Source: a virus (Duplodnaviria > Caudoviricetes). Taken from it: 54,225 nucleotides of DNA. A program made the position numbers and the translations under genes. Under the pieces are notes generated by a model that was given only the letters and a program-made list of their open reading frames with translations, did no database searches and was not told the DNA's origin. Each line of letters starts with the position of its first letter. Within the stretch, counting starts at the first letter, position 1. Of this stretch, positions 36,411-49,300 are shown in pieces. The stretch is taken from positions 1 through 54,225 of the IMG/VR virus record IMGVR_UViG_3300028840_001956. One strand, 5' to 3'.

Positions 36411-38278
36411 TGGGCGACAATACAGACAGGCTGGACCCAAGCGCAACAAGGGATTCGAACTACTCAAGGAAGGGGATTAAGGAAGGGACATACCCCGAAG
36501 CCGCGAGGTCCGTCTCTGCGAAGTCAGTCTATAACAATGTTATAGACCAGATACCATGGTACAGCGAATTCAAGAGCGCAGGCCCTAAGCCGTCTCAGGC
36601 TATTCAAAGGGCTTATGAAGTTTATATGCGTCAGTCTGAATTCAAGAAGCCATATAAATCTGGCGGCTATACCGAGATGGAGACAAACGCAGATCCACCG
36701 CCAGGATACAGTAGCACTGCCTATGAAGGCCCAGGAGTACCGGATATAAACGAGCCTATAATTCCACCTGGCGGCGGCGGCGCTCCTGTCAGTGTCTCGT
36801 TTTTTGTTCAACTTGATAAGACCTATGAATACGGCGGCTTTTGCAGGGGTAACACTACGAATATAAGGCTATTCTGCCAGGAGCCAGTTTATGGGTATAC
36901 AGCAACATTCACTGAGGCAGGGACTTCGGTCAATTATGTGAGTGGCTATGGAACTAATACCCTGATACTCCAGGTCGTAGCTGCGAATAATCAGTTTGGG
37001 TATTTCAGGTTAAACGTAGAGATGCGCTCCGTTGAGGGTCTGCAAGGTACCTCTGGAGTTATAATAAGAGAGGCGGTCTGCGAGGAATATTTCGTCCTCA
37101 GGATGCAAAGTGGTGCGGTAGATAACGTGACTGTTTGGGCCATGAGCGCTGGTGCGGTAGCTACGAATATACCGGACAATGCCGGTACAGGGGTGGTTGC
37201 ATTTCCGGCTGCATATGCCGATATAGCAAATTGGCTGGCCAATTCGACATTGATATCTGTGAGCGCACTCGCTAATTTCTCAACGCCAGCTTGGGTATCT
37301 TCCGGCATTGATATTAGGAACCCGGGACAATACTACACGACGTCATGCAGTAGCAGCTATAATGCTTTTATTGGTGGCTCATGGCCTAAGGTCGAGATAG
37401 ATACCTCAGTGTCTTCCGGCAGCAATGGTATTCCAGATTGCGAGACGATAAGCGGAGAGACGGATACCAAGCACAGGGAATATACCGCTTATATGACGGT
37501 TAACTGTCCGGCTGCGACAATTGATTCTTCTCCACTATGGAGACAGAGTTATGAGAAACAGGAATCATTTTATGCGAACGATCCCATAACCCAGATAGCT
37601 GTCTCGGCCAATCTCGTTTCTAAGACAATGGTATTCAGGACAGAGGCGCAGGGCGAAAGTTATTGGTATTGGCAAGAGGACGCAGATTATACAGCGCCGC
37701 CGCCGTTCGATTTGGGTAGCGGGAACTCATGGGCTTACCTCGACTATGAGTTCAACGTCTATGGCTCAATAGATCCGTCCAATCCGATCGTGACATATTA
37801 CCATAAGTTTGATAATGTGGAAACTTGGGACGATAATTTTACAATAAAGGGATCGGTAACAAATTTTGCAAGGACAATCACATGGGAAGATTCGGTCCCG
37901 AGGAACGTAACCGCTATAAGGGCTGGCGGCAACAGTGTTTACGGAAGACACAGCGCAATTTTATACTATCTAACAGAGGTGTTGCAAGTCAGTGTTGGGA
38001 ATGACACATACCAGGGTGGATCAATTGGCGGTGGCCTATTGGGCGGCTGGGAAACGAATGCAAACCTGTCGGTAGCCTACGAAACACCATTACTCGGCGT
38101 TCATGCAGCGCCGTCTTTTTCTGAAGATTACGCAGATAACCTTGACATATGCACAATGTCAAGGGACACTGATTTGGAAACAGCAATTAAAGCTCTATGG
38201 AATGAATGCCGGTCAGATTTATCGCTTGCAGATTCAGCCTTGATGACAGTCACCACCAGCTTATCTATTAGGCTATAG
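36410..38278 (+). CDS. Virion structural protein (tail-associated)
   Basis: 622 aa, beta/aromatic-rich; coupled to the nozzle gene. Confidence 0.55.
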   Translation: MGDNTDRLDPSATRDSNYSRKGIKEGTYPEAARSVSAKSVYNNVIDQIPWYSEFKSAGPKPSQAIQRAYEVYMRQSEFKKPYKSGGYTEMETNADPPPGYSSTAYEGPGVPDINEPIIPPGGGGAPVSVSFFVQLDKTYEYGGFCRGNTTNIRLFCQEPVYGYTATFTEAGTSVNYVSGYGTNTLILQVVAANNQFGYFRLNVEMRSVEGLQGTSGVIIREAVCEEYFVLRMQSGAVDNVTVWAMSAGAVATNIPDNAGTGVVAFPAAYADIANWLANSTLISVSALANFSTPAWVSSGIDIRNPGQYYTTSCSSSYNAFIGGSWPKVEIDTSVSSGSNGIPDCETISGETDTKHREYTAYMTVNCPAATIDSSPLWRQSYEKQESFYANDPITQIAVSANLVSKTMVFRTEAQGESYWYWQEDADYTAPPPFDLGSGNSWAYLDYEFNVYGSIDPSNPIVTYYHKFDNVETWDDNFTIKGSVTNFARTITWEDSVPRNVTAIRAGGNSVYGRHSAILYYLTEVLQVSVGNDTYQGGSIGGGLLGGWETNANLSVAYETPLLGVHAAPSFSEDYADNLDICTMSRDTDLETAIKALWNECRSDLSLADSALMTVTTSLSIRL

Positions 38279-38287
38279 GAGATAATT

Positions 38288-39370
38288 ATGGAAGGAATGT
38301 TTGACAACCAGATGGCTCCGGTAAAAAAACAGCCGAGTACAAATGCTGCCGTACCAATGAGTCCAAACTCAATACCGGCACCAAGTTCGTTCGGGGCAAT
38401 GCCGACCTATAATTGGTCTCAGGGACATGAGGACCAGAGGCTTGCCCAAAAGAACGTGACGAACCCAAATTCATTGCAGGTTAATAATCCTGATTATTGG
38501 GATATGAGTGGAAGCTCAAAGATCTATAAAAAACCTGACGGTAGTTTCGCAGATAACTCCAGAGACGAACAACCACCCAATGAAAACGTTGACTTCAATA
38601 TGGAAAACTGGATGAATGAGGTCAATAGGGATTGGGAGCGCAGTATGGCTGCCGAAGCGAGTCGCACAGCAGGATTCAATGCCGCAGAAGATAGACGCCT
38701 CGCGCAGATTCAGGCTGAAGAGGATGCGGCGTGGAATGCAGCAACTCAGGGCGGTAGCGGTGGAATGCGCGGTGGGTCTGCCGGTGGTGGTACTGGTGGA
38801 ACGGCTTACGGTGGACCTGTCTTCTCTTACCCTGAATATAATAGCCCTGGTGAATTCCAATTTGGCGCTTCCCTCGATCTTCCAGACTACGAGCCGCCTG
38901 AATATGATGATGACAGAGAGCGTGCCGTCAGAGAGGAATACATCCAAACCAATAAGGGCGCACTGAGTAAAGCGGCGCAGTCTGCAATTCTTGGTAGCGC
39001 CAATGTGAATAACCCTCAGGCAAGAGGGCAGATAATCAAGGCGGCCCTGGAAGGCTTCGGGGATGCGCTCGGACAGACGACTCTTGCCGGTAGTAAAGAG
39101 GGCCGCAGGACCGCAGAGAGAGAACAGGCCACGGAGACCGGCATTTATCAGGCAAAGTTTCAGATCGAAAGCCAGCAAGCCATGGCTAAATATGACAAAG
39201 AAATGAAAGAAGACATTATGAATTGGGAGTTGCAGATGCAGCAAGCAGACAGGGATTACAGCGAACAGCTTTCGAACTGGAACTCGATGCCCAATGATTA
39301 TAAAGCCGCTTCTATGCCTGGTGCCAATGTCAACAGGGGAACCGCAGGAAAGCCTACGAGGTACATATAA
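38288..39370 (+). CDS. Putative ejection (internal virion) protein
   Basis: Q/N/M/A-rich helical, low-complexity; podovirus position. Confidence 0.55.
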   Translation: MEGMFDNQMAPVKKQPSTNAAVPMSPNSIPAPSSFGAMPTYNWSQGHEDQRLAQKNVTNPNSLQVNNPDYWDMSGSSKIYKKPDGSFADNSRDEQPPNENVDFNMENWMNEVNRDWERSMAAEASRTAGFNAAEDRRLAQIQAEEDAAWNAATQGGSGGMRGGSAGGGTGGTAYGGPVFSYPEYNSPGEFQFGASLDLPDYEPPEYDDDRERAVREEYIQTNKGALSKAAQSAILGSANVNNPQARGQIIKAALEGFGDALGQTTLAGSKEGRRTAEREQATETGIYQAKFQIESQQAMAKYDKEMKEDIMNWELQMQQADRDYSEQLSNWNSMPNDYKAASMPGANVNRGTAGKPTRYI

Positions 39371-40344
39371 TGAGCCAGATAAAAGACTATCTCGAACAAG
39401 GGAGAGCCGGTAAGGTTTATGATCCTAACCAGGGGCTGTACATGGACCCTGCGTCCGGCAAGGCATTCGTGCCTACCTTTACGAACGTGCAGAATTCAAA
39501 CATCCAGGGCGAGGTTGAAAGTCAGATGGGCGGTGCCTCAAGGGTGCAGGCCGACCCATACCTTGTCAGCGATAAAGGCCAGGGTGCCATGCCTGGACCA
39601 CAGGAGCCAGCCGGACCACTGAAGCCAGATGGAAGAGACCCATGGGCAATGGCCCAGGAGCATACGAAGTCACCTGAGTTTAAAAACGAGGTGTACAGGG
39701 AAATGTTCGGTCGAGATCCTCAATCTGGATTCAGGGACGAAGCTGAACGTAACAGGTTTTATGCTGGCCTTAAGAGCGCCAGGAATATTATAGTTGACCG
39801 GCTCAAATGGCAGATCGACCGCAAGGACAGACAGGAGAAGGAGTCACTCAAGAGTGCCGCCAAGAAAATGAGCCACAAAGAAATGATGGACTCCATAATC
39901 GAGCTTAAGGAAAAATATAAAACCATGCAGGACGAAGACGCTGCCGGATGGGAAATGCGATATGGCGGTAAGAGTCCAGAGGATATGGCAAAGCAAGAAT
40001 TCCTTGACAATATAAAGCTTATGGAGTCCCTGTATTCTGACGTAGATAAAAAAGGCGGTTCAGGTATGCCTGGACGAGAGGAAAGCGGCGGCGCTATTGA
40101 TATGGGTAAGCCTGAGCCGGATTCACCTAAGATTGATTTTAGAAAGCTCGAACCTGGTGACGCTGCGAAGGCTTATTCGTGGGCAACAAAAAAAGCTCAG
40201 GAGACAGGTGCAGATCCAAAGGCCCTGCTGCGCGGGATGACACAAGCAGACCTTGACGAAGCAACCGGAAAGAAACCCGCCGAGAGCAAGGCTCCGGCTA
40301 ACAATAACAGCCTTAATGAGTATGATGATTTAGTAATGAGTTAA
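39370..40344 (+). CDS. Putative ejection (internal virion) protein
   Basis: Helical and charged; directly precedes the giant gene. Confidence 0.55.
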   Translation: MSQIKDYLEQGRAGKVYDPNQGLYMDPASGKAFVPTFTNVQNSNIQGEVESQMGGASRVQADPYLVSDKGQGAMPGPQEPAGPLKPDGRDPWAMAQEHTKSPEFKNEVYREMFGRDPQSGFRDEAERNRFYAGLKSARNIIVDRLKWQIDRKDRQEKESLKSAAKKMSHKEMMDSIIELKEKYKTMQDEDAAGWEMRYGGKSPEDMAKQEFLDNIKLMESLYSDVDKKGGSGMPGREESGGAIDMGKPEPDSPKIDFRKLEPGDAAKAYSWATKKAQETGADPKALLRGMTQADLDEATGKKPAESKAPANNNSLNEYDDLVMS

Positions 40345-40362
40345 AAAAGAGGAAATAAAAAA

Positions 40363-43300
40363 ATGGCAGACCCTAAGTACGGAGATTCAGCCATGCCGGT
40401 GAACCGTTTCAAATACGGTGACGACCTATCGGCATATAAGACTCAACCTTCACCCGCCGACGCTCCTGCGTCTTCAACCGGTGAAACGGTTGATCCTAAT
40501 TACAAACCAACAGTTTTTGAGAGTATGTCCAACGACCAGTTCATTGACTTTCTTGTGGACAAGGCAGGGCCTGAGATGGATTTCGAGATGCAATTCCAGA
40601 AGGCCAAGCATTTCACAGATAGCCACAGGGAGAGGTACGCAGCATATGAGTCACAGCCTCAGTGGAAGAAGGACGTAGCACGCTCTCAGGGTGTACAGGA
40701 CCTCTATAATATACTGCCAGAAGCCGGTGGCTTTAAGAAATTTATGGCCCTGGCCCAAGACATAAAGACCCGCATAACAGGCTCTGAGCAGGATAAATAT
40801 CTATCCGAATTATTTGACAAGACAAAGCACGAACAGCTTGGTGCCGCAGCTATCGCAGAACTTCAGGAAAAATACGACATAAAAGAATTCCCAGGGAAAG
40901 AGCCTGGAGATCTTATATTCGATCAAGCCGTCCACGAAGGATTTAAGCAGGTTCAGTCTGGATATGATTGGACAGCCAGATCGGTGCGAGACCTTATCGT
41001 CAAAGAGTTTGAGCAGGGTACCGCGACTGACGATCTAATATCTGAAGACGCCAAAGCTCAAATGAGAATTGGTGATGCCTATATGGATAAACTACTTGAT
41101 CCTACTCAAAGTTATCAAGAGAACACCTATCTCATGGGCAAAACGGAGAAGTTTATAAATGACTTCGTTCAGATGGGACCGCAGCTTCTCGGTCAGGTTG
41201 CCGCTGGCAGTATTGGCGGCTTCGCTGGTGGTGCGCTGTTTATGTTCCCTCAGATCTACGGAGCAAAATATCGCAGAGTCAGGGAACTCGGCGGGACCGT
41301 AGAGGATGCCGTGTTCTCCGGCCTTATAGATGGTGCCTTGCAGGGATCTCTTGAATCATTGAGCATGGGCTTCGCCCTGAGGGGTGTTCCTAAGAAATGG
41401 CTCGGTAATAGGTTTTTCAAGAGCGTAGCAGACAGGGTTGCAGCCGGTGGCTCAGAGATGGTTACTGAATATGTTCAATCATTCATTGACGATTTCACAG
41501 AGGCCATAGGTGATCCTGGATTTAAAGAAAAGTTTCAATCTAAAGATTGGGCCGGTAAGGTCAAATTAATAAAAGAAAGAATGGGGAGCGCCAGCGCCGC
41601 AGGCGTACACGAGGGCCTTGTGGCTGGTCTATGGGGGATGGTACTCGGTGGCGCTCATGCTGATTCAGAAGTTAGCAGACGCTTCGGAAAAGAAGTCGAT
41701 GCAAGGGTTCAGGAAAGAATGGGTACCGCCGTCTCAGAGGATATCCTATCAAGGGCGGGTAAGGTGGCAAAGGCTGTACCACAGGAAGTCAAGGTCAGTG
41801 CAGATGCCAGGGAGATCCTCGACAACGCCGTGACCATCGTCGAGGGAGAGACTGCCAAAGCTGAGACCGCAGAGCGAATGGCTGCGATGCCTACCGACAG
41901 GGCTATCGAGGCTCCAGAGGGACTCGGCCAGCCGATTGTAGAAGGCGAGCCTGTAATGGCCGCCACCGATGCCGGAATCGCAACAGAGGGAGAGCTTGAA
42001 GTAGAACCAGAGGCTGCCGCACCAATGGCCGCCCGGGAAAGATTTCCAGGAACCATTTGGGACCTGAAGGGCGCTGAGAAGCCTACACCAGGTGGACCGG
42101 TATTACCGCCAGAGATCGAGGCCCTTAAGGACACGGACCCTGATGCCTATCAATTAGCGGTTGATATAGCGAAGACCAAGGAGACACCAAAAACTAAAGA
42201 GGCTCCGGCACCAAAAGCCAAAGAGGCTCCGGCGCTACTGAAGGAAAAAGGAAAGCTGTCATCTCGCGATAAGATCGAGCGCCTATGGTCCAGGATCGAC
42301 GAAACCCAGCGCTCAAAGGTTAAGGATCTATACGACGGCAAGATCGGTGATATGGATGATTATACCACCTATCAGATGATGGCCGCAGATCTTGTCAGTA
42401 AGGGTGTTGATATAGCTGTGCAAAGTAGACCGACACTCGCTGAGTGGCGTGTTAATCCCCAGGTCCGTCCGGCTGGAGTTCAGAAGGGAATTGGCAAAAA
42501 AGTCTATATGCCTGGTGAAACCGGAAGGACCGCAAAACAGATTAATCGTGGCATAGATGTTGCATATGGGACCACCTTCGGAGAGGCCGCATATAACGAA
42601 GAGCTAAAACTCGCTGAGAGCCGTCAGGTTGAACGCAAGGTCGAAGGGAAGCCGGTAGCACCAAGAGAGGCGAGAACGTCTCGGAAACAAGCTCCTGTGA
42701 AGCGAGAACCGGCAAAAGAGGGCAAGACCAGCACCGCAATATTCGAGAAATTCGTGGCCAGGATATCGTCCAAGGGCGAGGCTAAGGAACTGAGGGGCAT
42801 AAAAGCCAGTGAAATCAAACAGGTAACTAAGCTCACCAAGGTCCAACAGGCTGTCAATCAGATTTCGATAGTACTATATGGTACTCCGGTTGCATATTAC
42901 AATACGAGCAACCCTGTCCTGGACGCTTCCAATGGATATTACATGGAAGGTGCCGGACAGCTTTTGAATGCGAAAAAGCCAGAGGGCGCTCTATTGGCCC
43001 TATTCGGCCATGAATCATGGCACGATATGTCGGTTAACGAGCCGGTGCTCGCTGCTGCCGTAAAGAAGATATTCTGGCAGAACGTCAATAAGCAGGAGTG
43101 GAAAGATTATATTGATACCCTGTCTGCTGCGAGATATGAAGTCGGGCTTGGTGACCTCGATGAAGCTGGCATGAAGGAAGAGTTTGAGGCCGACTTTATT
43201 TCATCTAAATGGGCAGACCCTGAGTTCCTGAACAAATTGATAGATGCCCTTAATAAGAAGAATCCTGGACTCGCACTTAACCTGTTTAATCTGTTAAATA

Positions 43301-46300
43301 AAGCCCTGGCAAAGATCAAGGCTGCTATCCAGGCAGAGCTATGGACATATCTCAGGAAGGATGTAGAGGCCGTCGAGAATGTGTTAATAGACTTCTACGT
43401 CAAGCTGTCCGAGAAGAATAAGGCCAAGATCCCACTCGCTGCCGTCGATGCCATTACGATAAAAATGTCCATTGATGTCGGCAAGGTTGAGGCTATCAGG
43501 ACTCCGGCCTCAATGCACACGCCGTCCGGAAAGATCTACGAGGGCGCTATGCACTCGGTCGCCTTCGAGAAGATGGAAGCTGAACACGGTGATGTCAACT
43601 ATGTCTTAGAGGTCGAAGACGGATACATGACCACGTTTGAGAGGTTCGTCGATAGGGACGAAGGCAACGCCATTGCTGAGAATGCTAACCAGGTATCAAA
43701 GGATCGAGAGAGATCTTATCTGATTTCAGAGGACTTGATAAAGGATATCTCGGACACATACATCATAGACGGTGACGGCCATATCGTCGCAATGGCCCAT
43801 GTTAAGGGTGACGACGCCGCACTTGGGATGATAGATGCAATAGTGAAGGGGCATGACAGCCTTCTCGCTTATGACTCTGATGGTCTTGGGGTGATAGCAG
43901 AGTCTCTCGGTTTCGAACTCGAAAGCGAGGTTGACGGTAGACAGATATATAAATACAAGGGAGAAATATACGATGCAAACATCATTGCGGGACGTTTTGC
44001 GGCTACTTGGAATAAAGACCTCAGGGCTGACGAACGCACAGCAACGCTACTTGACGCGATCACTGAGCAGGCTCGCACCGAAGGGTCCAGAGTGGTTGGC
44101 GGCAAACAAGGCAAAGCTGAAGAAAAGCTTATTGAGTACCTTAACAGGTCTTGGAAGAGCTACGCCGCTGGCGAAAAGGTAACCGGCACAACCGATGTTC
44201 CCACAAAGAATGTGAGGGTTAAGGGTGGCAAGTCTACAATGGCTATGATCCAGGTTTCCTCTCTTCGTGGTCGTGAGCAGGCTACGGCCAGGGGCGACAA
44301 ATATTTCGACCTTCTGTACTCGAAGGTTGAGGGATACGAGAGACCAACTGACTTTTGGGAAGTACCGACCTGGATGGCCCACGGAGCAAAGAGCTTCAAG
44401 AACGCTGACGCCTATATCGTCAGGAATGTAGAAGAGGCGAAGGCTTATCTGAGGAACTCTGGATATGAGTCGATCATGTTCTCGGCCATGGATGCCAATA
44501 AGCATTTTATTAAAGAGTTGGCCGGAAGCTTCTCCGGTGATATTATAATTGGGGGGTACGTTGATCCCGGCTACTTTGCTGGGATTAAAAATATCAAGTT
44601 CGCGGATAGCATGGAAGCTGCTGCGAAACTGTTAAAGGTGCCGTTTAAACAGGGCGTTGATTACCGCCAGTTTAAAGGCACCAGGGTTATCCCTCGCCTT
44701 GAGATGTCAAAAGGCTGCAAGCATAAATGTGCATTCTGTACAGTGCCAAAGAAAATTGAGATGGCCGATGATATTGCTGACCAGGTTAAATCCATGGCCG
44801 GTCTCGGGCATAAACTGATATATCTAAACGATAAGACCTTCGGGCAGGCCGAGAACTATAAGGACCTGGTGAAGATCAATGAGCAGGTGAAGGCGCAGAA
44901 CCCCGAATTTCAAGGGTTTATAATCCAGACCACCGCACCGGCATTTAACAAGATGGATGACGAGTTCATCAAAGAGTCCGGTATTAAATATGTTGAGCTT
45001 GGGATGGAATCGTTTAACGATGATATCCTTGAGAAAATAAATAAGCCGCACCGACAGAAACATATAGTCGAGGCCGCCGATAAGATTCGCAGGCTTGGTC
45101 TTAGATTCATACCTAACGTGATGGTAGGATTGGCAGGGGTTGACAAGAAAGGTGACCTCTGGACTGAGACCGCAGAGTCTTATCGAAATACCCTGACATT
45201 CCTGGAGCAAAACAAGGATATCATATCACACACAAACTCATACATTCTGGCTACCTACGAGGGAACCGAGACGGGCAAGCAACTCGGGACGGATAATGAG
45301 ATTGATGGTGATGAAAATGTGGTGCAGAAATCATGGCTCCAAAACCGAGAGCTACATGATATATTCTACCGAAGGCTTCTTGAATTCAGCGAGAGGCAGA
45401 TCGAACAGCCGGACGTCAAGGCTTCCATCCTCGTTGCCAGAAAGGAAGATCCGGTCGTGCTGCCTGGTGAGATTCAGGAAGACCCCGATACGGTGGATAT
45501 GGACCCAAGGGATATTGACGAAGAGTACGCATACGCAGCTATCAAAATGGTTCATTACCTTGAGCTTAAGTCACAGGCGTATAAGAAGATACCGGATGAT
45601 AAGCACGACGCCTTCTCGAAGCACTACCAAAAACAGACCGATAGCGAACTTGGTGTATATTCTGATAGGGTTATCGGCTACCTTAAGAGCGTTTATAAAG
45701 ATTGGCTCAGTCGCCATCGTGGTCCCGAGGGCTGGTTTAAAAGTATGTTCATGGAAGAATATGACTATGGCATGGAGCCTTCCCAATATTTTACCAATGA
45801 AAAGATTGGCTTCATCAAAATGGGTGACTTTTGGGAATTCGACGTATCCAAGGATATCATTGACGCCGTAGAGGAAAAGGCCACGAGGCCTTATGTTCCC
45901 CAGGAGCGTGATGAACTTATCGAATTCTTCAAGGACGAATTAGATATCGAACTTAGCGACCTCGCCCTGAAGGAGTACGATGACGATATGCTGCTTGATA
46001 AGGCAGAAGAAATGGTTTACAACAAATACCCTGCCTGGTACTTTTGGCCTGATACTGTCGAACTCTCTGATATCAAGGGTCTTCTGAACCTGGATGGCTG
46101 GGACTCGCCGTTCGGCAAGATCGTTAGAGAGGTCATGGAAACAAAGGGCTGGGAAGCATGGAGAGCAAACTTCCCGAGTATGGGTGCCACAGAGGTGCGT
46201 GTTGAAGAACAGTACAAACGCCTGAAGGACGCAAAGGACCAGGCAGCCAAAATGACGGCTATCTCCCTGGCCCTAAATGAATCCCATGTTTACGGCACTA

Positions 46301-49300
46301 TGTCTGAACACGCTGGCCTTGCCAATACAGAGCTTCAGGAAATTAATAACATAGCCGATGGTGTATACAAATTTGAGGATATGCTCCGGCGTCAGTATAA
46401 ACCTGGTGAGGGAGAGGCACAGCTTAAGCAATCCCTGGACCTGAAGAAGGCCCTGAGTGGAAAGGCCATTAAGGTCAAGGTGGCCGGTAAAACATATGTC
46501 GTAAATGAACAGCGCCAGAGTATCGAGAAGCTGCTTGAAATTACCGGTGGTGCTGCCAGCCTTAAAAAGTTCCTGACCGACAATGGCGTCGATAAGATTC
46601 AGGCCGGTCGTATCCAGGCCATTGCAAAGAGTATGGAAGAGTATCCGTTTCCTTCCCCCGAGGAGACCGCCACAGCGCTCCTGGCGTTCGATAAAAAGAA
46701 TCCCGATGTAAAGGGTTGGTATGATAATATCAGCTACCTGAGGACCGTATTTGAGAATGACGATGACCTGAATCTATTCATAGGATTGGCAATGCTTTCC
46801 CATACCAGCCGCAACAAAGGGACCCTGGCGAACATGGGCGAGTTTATTAAATTCAGGATGCTTCAACGGGCCGGACAGGTTGACAAGAAATCTAAGTTCG
46901 GCCTGGTAGATCAGGCTACGGTTGACAGGGTGCTGAGTGCCGAGAGCATTGACGAAATGTTCAACATTGATTTCACGGCTCTTCAGTTCAAGAAGGGCGA
47001 GGTCAAGGTAAAGGCTTTTGCTGAAACATTCGCCGCAATTATGCGAGATCCAGAATCCCGCAATGCTATCGAGTCCGTTGTTGATATATGGGTCGGCCGG
47101 TACTTCTTCCCGTCGAAGACGAGTGGGGGGGTTGTCGATACCAGCGATACCGTGATGGCTATGTCACCCGTGCAGCACCTTCTGGTGCAGCGTCACATGA
47201 GAGACACCGAGGCCATCATGACGGAGAAGTCCGGTATAACCTGGCACCCTGATATGGCCCAGGCTGTATTGTGGTTCTATATCCGCAAACAGTGGGAAGA
47301 TGTGAGGGGTGATAAGACGGGACAGAAGGGCTATACCTTCGACGAAACCCTGAACGTATATGCCGAGAGATGGTCCGGCGCTCTGGACCTCGATGACCGC
47401 CAGGTAGAGGCTTATATAAAATACAAACTCAGGGACCCTGACGTCAGGCACATTCTCGACCTGTATTCGCAGGACAAGGACCTGAACGTATTCGATATGG
47501 TTAAGGCTGACGAGCCTCTGATTCTACAGCTATTCGATGCTGCCAAGCTGCCGAAGGACTATGACATCTCAGGTAAAACGAGGCACCGAGTTGTAATAGA
47601 GACCAATAAAATATACGATGCTGACGCAGATCCTGACGGGCTGATTGACAAGGGCTTCGACCCTAATGATATCACGACCTTGATGGATTTCGAAAAAAGG
47701 CTACGAGACGCAGGTTGGGTCGGGCTGCGCTCTGGCGAGATGACCATCCTGTTAGAGCCTGTCAGAACTGAGGCTATGAAGACGGGCGCTCTCGCGATCA
47801 GTCCGATGGTATCTCCAGAGGTTGTCGAGATATTTAAAAACAACTTTCCTGATAAATACAGGAAGATGATAAGATACCAGAAATGGTACGATGACGGAAA
47901 TATAGAAGCTCTCGATAACGCCATGCGCTCAGAGCTTACAAGGGTGTTCGCTAACCCGCTTATTGATATCCGTAGTATTGGTCCGGCTGAAGGGCGCTGG
48001 TCCGGTGGCCGCGAATATGCTCCGAGAGTAGATCTTGATTATGCCAACATCGACATAGCCAAGGGGCTGCTGGCTCAGTTCCTAAAGGACAATGGTCAGT
48101 ATGAGGGCGTGCTATCCGAAAGGGTGTCCGGCTGGAATGATAAGCAACGACCGAAGGGTATAGCCAAGGACCAGGCACCGAGTATAATGCTGAAATTTAA
48201 GAAGCCGCTGACGGAAGAGCAAGTCTCCGAAATAGTCGAGACCCTTGATAACAGTGGCATACCTGGCTCCGTGTACTCTCAGGAGATAAACGCACTCACC
48301 ATTCATCACCTGAAATACAGACACAGGGAAAAGACAGTTGGTCCGGCGCTCATGCTCGATGGGAATATTATATACGGCACCAAGAAGGATGACGGTAAAC
48401 TTGACGCGAAAAGCTACGAAGGTCTGTACAAGAAGGCCGGAACGACATTTAAAAAACTGCGCGAGGCTGGTGGGGAGAAGGGCTTCATAACCAATTTTGG
48501 AAATTTTGTAAACAACCAAAAGGCCAAGGAATTAAAGGCTAACTTCGGTAAGGTGAAGCAGAAAGATGTCGATTTCCTGAAGTCCGTCATTGATGCTGTC
48601 AGGGCTATTCAGGCCAAGTTCAATGAATACGAGGGCCTTGGGCAGGTATGGTACAACCATCATATCCTCGAAAATAATTGGTTGAAAAACCGGAAGGGTC
48701 AGGAGTATGACAAGTCAATCGAAAAGGCGCGACAGGTATCAAGAAATATGGGACTTATCGCAGAGCCAAAAGTTGTCTCAGGGAAGTACCGCAAAGGTAC
48801 GGAACTATTTAAAGGACAGGAAGGGTACCGCATTGGCGAGGGGCGCAAGATCTCTTCGGAGTCGGTCAAACTCATTAAGGAATTCATTAAGGCAGAACCG
48901 ATAGAAGGGCTTATAGACGCTAATCAGGCCGCACAGTATCGCACCTGGATTGCCTCTGGTATCAACATAGGGCCTGCCAGGATGAAACAGCTTGAGAAAT
49001 TCGATGCCGGAGAAGTCAAGCCAATAGCCGGTGAGCAGGCCGGTCTATTCGCCAGCGTGCCGATGGACAGGGCTGCAGCGTATAAGGCTGGAGAGGCTTA
49101 CGCGAAGGCTCCCAACAATCTGCTTGGGTTTAGTAAAGATCCGTTTGTTCAGAAGGGTTTCTATGATCAGAACTATTCCTATATCGCAGAGGTAGAGGTC
49201 ACATATCCGAAGACCGACCTGGCTCCAGAAACAAAATGGAGAGATAAGATCAGGGGTCTCAATATGAAGCAGGCCCTCGAACGTGCGCGACGCAATTGGG

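Noticed and set aside
26082-39244. Long antisense ORFs (e.g. 26082-26831, 30101-30949, 38516-39244)
   Set aside because: They are shadow frames of well-supported + strand genes, with no motifs or RBS support
42195-42235. Short duplicated AAAGAGGCTCCGGC (KEAPA twice) in the giant gene
   Set aside because: In-frame low-complexity linker repeat; ordinary
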